DNA of 16,061 nucleotides from a virus (Duplodnaviria; Heunggongvirae; Uroviricota; Caudoviricetes): IMG/VR virus record IMGVR_UViG_2660238318_000012; one strand, 5' to 3'. Shown piece by piece: positions 8,841 to 14,831 of this stretch (position 1 is its first letter; each line of letters starts with the position of its first letter). The notes under the pieces were generated by a model. It saw only the letters and a program-made list of their open reading frames with translations, ran no database searches and was not told where the DNA came from. The position numbers and the translations under genes were made by a program.

Positions 8841-8930
8841 AAAAAAAGTCCTGGGGTTAAGTAAGGAACTCCAGGACGCGGCAAACACTCAACCGTTTTT
8901 CATAAGGAAATCAGTAATCGCACCGATCGT

Positions 8931-8978
8931 TTTCCCGCCTGGTAATGAATATTGGCGAGCACATTAACAGGCGGGAAA
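8931..8978. promoter_or_regulatory. Long inverted repeat in the capsid-operon leader/promoter region
   Basis: TTTCCCGCCTG (8931-8941) and CAGGCGGGAAA (8968-8978) are perfect 11-bp inverted repeats, extendable to about 17 bp imperfect arms; 50-90 nt upstream of the capsid start. Confidence 0.35.
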
Positions 8979-9055
8979 GTGGCCCCAGCGTCCTGGCACC
9001 ACGGGCGAGAATAATCATGATTCAGTTCGGGTAAAATATGCCGATCCGCTCAGTG

Positions 9056-9080
9056 AACAACGTGGAACAACCACGAACAA
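9056..9080 (+). repeat. Phased GAACAA x3 array (site B) upstream of the capsid operon
   Basis: AACAA at 9056, 9066, 9076, exactly 10 bp apart; 15-mer shared with site A (1580-1594). Confidence 0.45.
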
Positions 9081-9097
9081 ATAATTTACAAAAAATA

Positions 9098-9120
9098 ACA
9101 AAAAGCCGGATTGCTCCGGC
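9098..9120 (-). terminator. Rho-independent terminator (copy 1), downstream of the 74-aa accessory gene
   Basis: Minus strand reads AGCCGGA-GCAA-TCCGGCU then a U run; 22-bp element identical to 9461-9484. Confidence 0.6.
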
Positions 9121-9140
9121 TGTATGTGCTGTATGGGTGC

Positions 9141-9365
9141 TCAGTCTCTGATCCCTTTCAGAAATTCTATCAATGCATCTGTCTGTTCAGGATTTACTGC
9201 CAGCATTTCACCGGATAGCGCGCAACGAACAAAACCATGATGATCCTTTTCAATCAGCGCCCCCGTTTCCAGAAATGCGCGGTAATCAGTGATATTCATC
9301 GTCTCCATGTTGTCAGCATGGTATTTATCACGCTGTTTAAGTATCTCATCAAATTTCATCGGCAT
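9141..9365 (-). CDS. Hypothetical 74-aa protein; moron-like gene bracketed by two identical terminators
   Basis: ATG (MPMKFDEILKQ ...) with AGGA RBS 7 nt upstream; the longer track ORF (to 9443) lacks an RBS. Confidence 0.5.
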   Translation of the reverse strand: MPMKFDEILKQRDKYHADNMETMNITDYRAFLETGALIEKDHHGFVRCALSGEMLAVNPEQTDALIEFLKGIRD

Positions 9366-9460
9366 TGCGTTTTCCTCTGTTGTGTCTGTTTGTTTCAGAT
9401 AGTAACTATGCCGGACCGTGACGAAAAGCCAGTAGTGCTCCATACCGTTTCAAATGACGC

Positions 9461-9484
9461 AAAAAAAGCCGGATTGCTCCGGCT
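9461..9484 (-). terminator. Rho-independent terminator (copy 2), ends the primase/accessory operon
   Basis: Same hairpin and U run as copy 1, identical over about 22 bp. Confidence 0.6.
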
Positions 9485-9506
9485 GCGTGGTGTGGTTCTG
9501 ATATTC

Positions 9507-9668
9507 CTACTCTGCTAATTTGCTCAGCCCCATGTCTGCGTAAGTGCGATTTACTGCATTTCTCAGGTCTGCGTAGTTCTCCGTTGGCGGCTCCGGTGTG
9601 CCCTTGCTGCTCTGTTTTACCAGCGGGTCGCCCACCAGCTGCCCGTAAGCTGCAATTTGTGCTGTCAT
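9507..9668 (-). CDS. Hypothetical small protein, 53 aa, below the ORF-track size cutoff
   Basis: ATG preceded by GAGGTGG 7 nt upstream; reads MTAQIAAYGQLVGDPLVKQSSKG ...; sits between the 101-aa gene and terminator copy 2. Confidence 0.4.
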   Translation of the reverse strand: MTAQIAAYGQLVGDPLVKQSSKGTPEPPTENYADLRNAVNRTYADMGLSKLAE

Positions 9669-9677
9669 ATTGCCACC

Positions 9678-9983
9678 TCAGTGAAGCGATCCGGCATTGT
9701 TCTTTTTCATCTCTTCCATCATTTTTTCAGTGAGCATTACGCACTGAAACCCCATGTTTTTGATGTCTACGGGTTTCATGCCTTTGTCAGTGGATATCAC
9801 AGGCAGAATATCCTGATACACATCGCGGTCAGGGTAACTAAGCACACAAAGCTCCCATGATGCCACGGGTGAGGATCCTTCGTCTGTTTCAACCCACCAG
9901 CCTGGTGTAGCTGCGCTTATTTGCAGAATCGTGATCCGTCCGTTGTGCTTGTAAAATTTTTCACCAAATTTTGGTTCGCTCAT
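9678..9983 (-). CDS. Hypothetical protein, 101 aa
   Basis: ORF whose start overlaps the stop of the upstream 92-aa gene (ATGA), implying translational coupling; no recognisable domain. Confidence 0.55.
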   Translation of the reverse strand: MSEPKFGEKFYKHNGRITILQISAATPGWWVETDEGSSPVASWELCVLSYPDRDVYQDILPVISTDKGMKPVDIKNMGFQCVMLTEKMMEEMKKNNAGSLH

Positions 9984-10258
9984 GATTCCACCTCTCCGGT
10001 TTTAACGTTGATTGTTGTTACCTGTTCCGCTTCGGCAATCTCCCGCTCTGTCAGCGTGGCAAAATTTGCCGCCGTCGTGGTCATGAATGCGCTTATCAGT
10101 TCGGGATGTGCTTTCGCGTATCCTTCCCCCGCGTGGCGGTCTATCGTTCTGATTGCCACCTTTAAAGCGTGCTCTGTCATGTCTAACGCGCGATATTTCG
10201 GTTCTGTTCTGTCTCTGCGTTTTTTGAATGATTTATTAAATTTCCCTGAAGTGTGCAT
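9980..10258 (-). CDS. Hypothetical basic protein, 92 aa, immediately downstream of the origin
   Basis: ORF with basic N-terminus (KSFKKRRDR); start uncertain (alternative internal Met). Confidence 0.5.
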   Translation of the reverse strand: MHTSGKFNKSFKKRRDRTEPKYRALDMTEHALKVAIRTIDRHAGEGYAKAHPELISAFMTTTAANFATLTEREIAEAEQVTTINVKTGEVES

Positions 10259-10299
10259 ATTTATTTTTACCCCCTCGTTTAAAAAGTTTTGAGTTGTGC

Positions 10300-10535
10300 C
10301 TCCCCTTGTCTACCTTATCTACCTTAGTGGCCCTCATGCCAGTAATGGCGCTGCTTTCAGCGGGGTAGAGTGCTTTTATCCACTATCTACCCCGTGTCTA
10401 CCTCCCTGTCTGATTCAGGTAAAATCAGGTAGAGAGGGTAGATAGTGGGTAGACAGTAAAAAAAGGCTATCTACCTAACTTAATGCACTGAATTAAATGT
10501 ATTTTTCTTTACTCAGGTAGACAGGGTAGACAGCA
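10300..10535. repeat. Replication origin: about ten 7-bp iterons (RTCTACC / GGTAGAY) in both orientations, directly 3' of the primase gene
   Basis: Direct copies at 10308, 10317, 10385, 10396, 10469; inverted copies at 10428, 10437, 10448, 10516, 10525, spaced 9-11 bp in clusters with AT-rich tracts between. Confidence 0.7.
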
Positions 10536-10546
10536 ATTACAAAAAA

Positions 10547-12295
10547 TTATAAAAACGCGTCGCACTCGTCTGTTGTTATTGCGTTAGTCTGCGTTACTCC
10601 CTTAACTTTCCGCGTAATATATTCATGTCCGTAAACTTTCGCGGCTGGCTTCATAGCCTTGCCAAAGTCATTTACGTTTAGCGGTTTGCTCCTGCCTGCG
10701 TACGCCATAAACGCCAGATAGACGCGGTAAAGGCTGTTTCTGGTCGTGTACTTCACTGAATCGCCACCGCCGCCCATCATCAGGCCGCGTGCTTCCTCCA
10801 GAAAATTCAGGAACTGGCAAAACTCAATAACCGGATCCGTCTGTTGCTTTATTGCCAGAGCTTCATCACCGTCACGCTGTTCCAGTAGTAAAGCCCGTGC
10901 TTTCTCAGAGTCGGTAAAGTTCGCCAGCAATCGGCGGATAATGACAGGGATTTCAGCCGCAATCTTTTCCGGTAGCTCCCTGTCTTTTTCGGCCTCACTA
11001 ACGATATTGTCGAAACGGAAAATCACGCGACGACGTGCCACACCTCCGGCCCGTTCGGTGAATATCATCGGGTTATTGTTGGTCGCCAGCACCACCGCCC
11101 TGATTACAGCCGTGAAACGCTTTTCGTATTTCGGGTTAATTTCCACGGGGTCACCGCCCGTGATTTTCTTGATGCCCGTTCCTTCGCCTGTATATTTCGG
11201 CTGGTCAGCCAGGACGATAAGACGACTCCCGACAACCTGCGCACGTCCACCAGCATCATCAAGCGATGTCATTTCAGCGCTTACCGTGTTCTGTTTCCCT
11301 GCCAGAAGGCTGGCTATGTGTGTGAATGTACTTTTACCGCTCCCGCCGTCTCCGGTGGCCTCAATAAACATCTGCCAGTCGTACCGGTTCGCCATAATCA
11401 TGTACAGCGCGGCACATATACGCATCATCTTGCGCTGGTCTTTTCCGGCTGCGTGCTCAAGCCATTTATGAAAGTTTAGCGCGTTATCGCGGATGTTCTC
11501 CCCTGGTGCTGGTGGCGTGTACTCAATGCCGTTGTGCGTGGTGATCCAGTTCTCCGGCGTGTGCGGGGAAAATTCCCCCGTTTTCAGGTCAAGCGCACCA
11601 TTGGCGAACGGCAGCAAATCGCCGGACGGCTCGCCCATTGGTTCGGCAATAACTTTTAACGCTTCCACGGCGTTATTGATTACGCGCTTGCTGAAAGTGG
11701 CCCTGTGCTCTGAATAGATCACCACCATTTCGCGGCTAAGTTCCATTGTGCTGACCGGACACCATACCCCGCCGCGCCATACGTGAACGATTTCACTTTC
11801 CTGATGCACACAAACGCCATCAAAGCGCTCGGCAAGCAGCTGCGCGCGCTCACTGTCTGCCATTTGTGCCAGTTGCGTATTTTTCTGCTCCGGCATGGTA
11901 AGCCCTGCGGCAATATTTTCACGCTCAGCATTCAGATAGCGCCGCCAGTTTTCACACTTCTGGACGTGCATTCCTTCGGGGTAAAAATTTGCGTCCTGAA
12001 TATCTGCCGCCGCCAGCTTCTGACCAATCTTTTTGGTCTCCACCAAATCCAGTTCTCCGGCCTGGTACAGCCTTACGCGTTTTTTTCCATCCGGAACAAT
12101 TTTCAGTGCATCAAGTTCGGCAAGCTGATTTGGCCCAAGCCACACAGGCGGCACATTATCGCCGGATGCGGGGCCATCCTGCTCCTGCCATTGTTTCGCG
12201 TGCGACCAGGCATCACTACCCGCAAAGATAATTACCTCTGTGTCTTTGTGTTTTATTCCGCGTGGCTGTTTTTTTACGTTCGGTGCCAGTTTCAT
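10547..12295 (-). CDS. P4-family primase / replicative helicase (pri-rep), 582 aa
   Basis: Walker A GDGGSGKST in the C-terminal half and a primase-like N-terminal half; iteron origin immediately downstream, as in P4 alpha and PICI pri-rep. Confidence 0.93.
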   Translation of the reverse strand: MKLAPNVKKQPRGIKHKDTEVIIFAGSDAWSHAKQWQEQDGPASGDNVPPVWLGPNQLAELDALKIVPDGKKRVRLYQAGELDLVETKKIGQKLAAADIQDANFYPEGMHVQKCENWRRYLNAERENIAAGLTMPEQKNTQLAQMADSERAQLLAERFDGVCVHQESEIVHVWRGGVWCPVSTMELSREMVVIYSEHRATFSKRVINNAVEALKVIAEPMGEPSGDLLPFANGALDLKTGEFSPHTPENWITTHNGIEYTPPAPGENIRDNALNFHKWLEHAAGKDQRKMMRICAALYMIMANRYDWQMFIEATGDGGSGKSTFTHIASLLAGKQNTVSAEMTSLDDAGGRAQVVGSRLIVLADQPKYTGEGTGIKKITGGDPVEINPKYEKRFTAVIRAVVLATNNNPMIFTERAGGVARRRVIFRFDNIVSEAEKDRELPEKIAAEIPVIIRRLLANFTDSEKARALLLEQRDGDEALAIKQQTDPVIEFCQFLNFLEEARGLMMGGGGDSVKYTTRNSLYRVYLAFMAYAGRSKPLNVNDFGKAMKPAAKVYGHEYITRKVKGVTQTNAITTDECDAFL

Positions 12296-12591
12296 TTTTT
12301 ACCCCTGAATACGTTAAGCATCTTTTTTATTTCCTGAATATTGGCGCGTGCTTTCTCCCTGCTGGTTGGTTTACTGCGGGGCGCTGCCTGTACCAGCGTG
12401 AAATCACGCCGGAATTGATAAACAGGCATCACGCAATCATATTCGTAACCTTCACGGCGGTAGGTGATGCGCCGTTCTGCCACGCCTTTAATCGTTACCA
12501 TGCCGCCGTACTGGTCGCGGTAAATATCACCGCGCGTAAATTTAGGGTGAGTGTTGCCACTGGCAGTTAAGCCAGAATATTTAAGTTTCAT
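12292..12591 (-). CDS. Hypothetical protein, 99 aa, translationally coupled to primase
   Basis: Stop overlaps the primase start (ATGA). Confidence 0.65.
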   Translation of the reverse strand: MKLKYSGLTASGNTHPKFTRGDIYRDQYGGMVTIKGVAERRITYRREGYEYDCVMPVYQFRRDFTLVQAAPRSKPTSREKARANIQEIKKMLNVFRGKK

Positions 12592-12596
12592 TATTT

Positions 12597-12830
12597 TTAT
12601 TCTCCGGTGTGTTGTTCTTTATATCTGTCGTGCAATAGATCTATTTCTTGCAGTTCCATTATTACAGGCTCAAGAAGCGTTATTAATGCCGTGGCAATTC
12701 TTGATTTTTGTTTGTCGCGTTCATTGTCGCCAAGTGTTTCAAGCCATATGCGCAATATTTCCAGCATGTTTTCACTGTGAGAAAGTGCAAGAAATGCGCG
12801 GTCTATTGTTTCGTGGTAAATATCACGCAT
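12597..12830 (-). CDS. Hypothetical helical protein, 77 aa
   Basis: ORF with GGGG RBS, 5 nt from the next gene. Confidence 0.6.
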   Translation of the reverse strand: MRDIYHETIDRAFLALSHSENMLEILRIWLETLGDNERDKQKSRIATALITLLEPVIMELQEIDLLHDRYKEQHTGE

Positions 12831-12899
12831 ATTAATCCCCGTCCGTCGTTTTTCTTAAAATAACCTCTGTCACGAAATCAGCATAATCGGCGGCGATAT

Positions 12900-13052
12900 T
12901 CAGTACATCAAGCCCGTTGATTTATATTCTCTCGTGGAAAGTAAGAAAAAAGCCGCTCTAATAAGTTCTGGCATTGACGAAAGCGCATCAGCCGCATCAT
13001 CAGGAACGCCGGAAAATTCCTGTTTCAGGGAATTAAAACGATCATCACGCAT
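12900..13052 (-). CDS. Hypothetical small protein, 50 aa from ATG 13052 (longest ORF to 13100); start lies just after a G8 tract
   Basis: ATG overlaps the stop of the upstream gene (ATGCGTGA); the G8 run acts as an SD-like sequence. Confidence 0.4.
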   Translation of the reverse strand: MRDDRFNSLKQEFSGVPDDAADALSSMPELIRAAFFLLSTREYKSTGLMY

Positions 13053-13266
13053 AACCCCCCCCATTTTCACAATCGGCAACAAGAATATTTTTAGCGTCAT
13101 TCAGTGACCGCGTTGCGATGTATCGGATACATTCCAGGGCGAACTGTGTCCGGTCTTTCTGTTCTTCTCCCTGCGCAAGCTCTGCCGTGCATTCAATATC
13201 AATAAGCGCGTGCATCAGCGTAGTGAGTGCGGCGGCTGCTGCGTTCGGTGTGGTTTTATTGTGCAT
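13045..13266 (-). CDS. Hypothetical protein, 73 aa (longest ORF to 13308)
   Basis: ATG at 13264-13266 overlaps the stop of the upstream 66-aa gene; ends GGGYA within the G8 tract. Confidence 0.5.
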   Translation of the reverse strand: MHNKTTPNAAAAALTTLMHALIDIECTAELAQGEEQKDRTQFALECIRYIATRSLNDAKNILVADCENGGGYA

Positions 13267-13456
13267 AGGTTTCCCCCTGACGAATACGGGCGGCGAATAC
13301 AGCAACACAACCGGACGGGCAACGGCTACGCGCTTCGCGTTCCGTCCAAGCGGTTACGTGGATGATTTGGGATTCTCCGGCACTCAGTGCCAGAAAACGC
13401 CACACAAAGGCCGTTTGTGTGTGTACAAGGTGTGGTATATGATTTACGGCAACCAT
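13256..13456 (-). CDS. Hypothetical protein, 66 aa, first gene of the replication operon
   Basis: Strong AGGAG RBS 5 nt upstream of ATG 13454-13456; the longer track ORF (to 13558) would run through the operator and promoter. Confidence 0.5.
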   Translation of the reverse strand: MVAVNHIPHLVHTQTAFVWRFLALSAGESQIIHVTAWTEREARSRCPSGCVAVFAARIRQGETYAQ

Positions 13457-13542
13457 AACGGCTCCTAGTTTACGTTGTTGGTTAGAAGCCCCGTTACTGC
13501 TCCTACAGTGCGGGGCTTTGCTTTTTGTGTTGATTGTGTGTA

Positions 13543-13558
13543 ATGTGTCACTACACAT
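13543..13558. promoter_or_regulatory. Palindromic candidate operator ATGTGT-CACT-ACACAT in the divergent promoter region
   Basis: Perfect 6-bp inverted repeat with 4-bp spacer, about 28 bp upstream of the Arc-like gene start; TGTGT-rich flank. Confidence 0.4.
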
Positions 13559-13585
13559 AAATACATTACCTGAGGTGTAATTAAC

Positions 13586-13765
13586 GTGTCAACACACAAA
13601 AACGAAAGGCGTGGTAATCCTCCGTTCCAGTTCCGTTTAGATCCTGACTTACGGGAAAAGATGGAAAAGGCACAACAACAGGACGGCGATGATTCTCTTG
13701 CTGCCTGGATAAAGCGAATAATCCGCAAAGAATTACAGCAACGCGGCATAGAACCCAAAGGATAA
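13586..13765 (+). CDS. Arc/MetJ-type ribbon-helix-helix DNA-binding protein, 59 aa, divergent from the replication operon
   Basis: GTG start with GAGGTG RBS 8 nt upstream; NPPFQFRLDPDLREKMEKAQQQDGDDSLAAWIKRIIRKEL fits the beta-strand, helix A, helix B layout of Arc-like repressors. Below the ORF-track cutoff. Confidence 0.65.
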   Translation: MSTHKNERRGNPPFQFRLDPDLREKMEKAQQQDGDDSLAAWIKRIIRKELQQRGIEPKG

Positions 13766-13822
13766 AAACTATCAGCGCCGTGGTGTGAGGTACTACGGCG
13801 CATTGCTTTACAGGCGCACACA

Positions 13823-13999
13823 ATGACCAACGAAGAATCAACCGAAAAAACATCACCTGCACGAAAAAGACGACGCAGAAAGAAAGAGCATGAATCAGAA
13901 CGATTCGCGCCGTGTTCTTTTGCCCTTGAGAAGTACCTTAAAGAATACTCATCAAAGGAGAGAACTTCGCAGTTATGGCAACGCACTGAACCAGACTGA
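13823..13999 (+). CDS. Possible second small plus-strand gene, 58 aa, basic N-terminus, weakly RHH-like
   Basis: ATG ORF with no clear RBS (ARKRRRRKKEHESERFAPCSFALEKYLKEY ...); lies between the Arc-like gene and the plus-strand terminator. Confidence 0.25.
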   Translation: MTNEESTEKTSPARKRRRRKKEHESERFAPCSFALEKYLKEYSSKERTSQLWQRTEPD

Positions 14000-14094
14000 T
14001 TGCATTGCCCACCAGCCTGATAGCGGCTATCATCCCCGTGCTTATGTTTGGGATCACACACACAAACGGCGCAGCGGGTTATCTGTTCAGAAAG

Positions 14095-14122
14095 GCGGCT
14101 CCATTTCGGGGCCGCTTTTTTT
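14095..14122 (+). terminator. Rho-independent terminator ending the plus-strand regulator transcript; also lies downstream of convergent alpA
   Basis: 8-bp GC-rich stem (GCGGCTCC/GGGGCCGC, one G-U pair), 5-nt loop, then T7. Confidence 0.6.
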
Positions 14123-14268
14123 ATGCCTGAAAAACCCCAATTTTGTGGTTTTCCAGTTTCACCAGGGCGAACGAATCCCCGCCCACGTTCTGGCGTATAT
14201 TCAATCTTCATGGTTATAGCTCTGTGTTCAGATGATTGATGTGTGGCGGCTGCGTGCCGCCAGCGTGA

Positions 14269-14457
14269 TTAATGAACTGCCTTGCAGCTATCCTTCCAGG
14301 CCAGAACCTCGGATAAAGACCAGCCAACGGAACGACCGCCAAGTTTACGACGTGATGGGAATTGTCCGGCCTTTTCCAGGCGGTAGCGGCATGAGCGGCT
14401 AAGGCCTGTTAGCTTTTCGCATTCTTTTTCACGTATAAACCGATCAGTGCTTAACAC
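14269..14457 (-). CDS. alpA: AlpA-family phage transcriptional regulator, 62 aa
   Basis: EKLTGLSRSCRYRLEKAGQFPSRRKLGGRSVGWSLSEVLAWK matches the AlpA/Xis-like winged-helix signature; GTG start with GGGGG RBS. Confidence 0.9.
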   Translation of the reverse strand: MLSTDRFIREKECEKLTGLSRSCRYRLEKAGQFPSRRKLGGRSVGWSLSEVLAWKDSCKAVH

Positions 14458-14617
14458 TATTGCCCCCTTTCGTTTCTTAAAGAGTTATTTCGTGTTCTAT
14501 TGCGTTGGGATGTGTCTGATTGTGTCAGGATGATTCAGAGTTGGCAAATGTTGAGGCCGTATGGTTTACAGAAAGAGGAATAATCAGGATAAAATCCTTT
14601 AAATTCATGTTAATACA

Positions 14618-14650
14618 AAGGCATAAAATATTGTTTCATGCCTTTTTTCT
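14618..14650 (+). terminator. Terminator-like hairpin with T6 tract in the int-alpA intergenic region
   Basis: AAGGCAT/ATGCCTT stem with 13-nt loop followed by TTTTTT on the plus strand; a weaker U tract on the minus strand, so it may act in both directions. Confidence 0.35.
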
Positions 14651-14739
14651 CGCTATTTAAAGAGTGATTCGCTAGTGTATAAAAAATCAGTAACACATTA
14701 AAAATCAGCTACTTATAAATCTGTACACTTTTTCACCTC

Positions 14740-14790
14740 TTGTTCGTAGTTGTTCCGCATTGTTGCTCATTGTTGCACGTTGTATCTGTT
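14740..14790 (-). repeat. Five TTGTT repeats at exact 10-bp phasing (AACAA on the gene strand), site C, just downstream of int
   Basis: TTGTT at 14740, 14750, 14760, 14770 and TTGTA at 14780. Confidence 0.45.
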
Positions 14791-14831
14791 CGCATATCCA
14801 GTATGCGCATACTGAAAAAACACGAAAAAAA

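Noticed and set aside
7683-8888. Selenocysteine or programmed recoding at the capsid TGA
   Set aside because: No SECIS-like hairpin directly downstream of the TGA and no precedent I know of for recoding in HK97-type capsid genes; nonsense mutation or sequencing error is the simpler explanation.
13581-13862. 93-aa minus-strand ORF
   Set aside because: Antisense to the well-supported Arc-like RHH gene, hydrophobic low-complexity translation, no RBS.
13465-14211. Long 248-aa minus-strand ORF
   Set aside because: Cys/Ser/Arg-rich, non-protein-like composition and no RBS. It runs antisense through the Arc-like gene, the operator palindrome, the leader hairpin and the plus-strand terminator, so it is most likely a spurious open frame.
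13890-14239. Plus-strand ORFs of 109 aa (13890-14219) and 63 aa (14048-14239)
   Set aside because: They read straight through the strong terminator at 14095-14122, have no RBS and an odd composition; probably non-coding 3' region of the regulator transcript.
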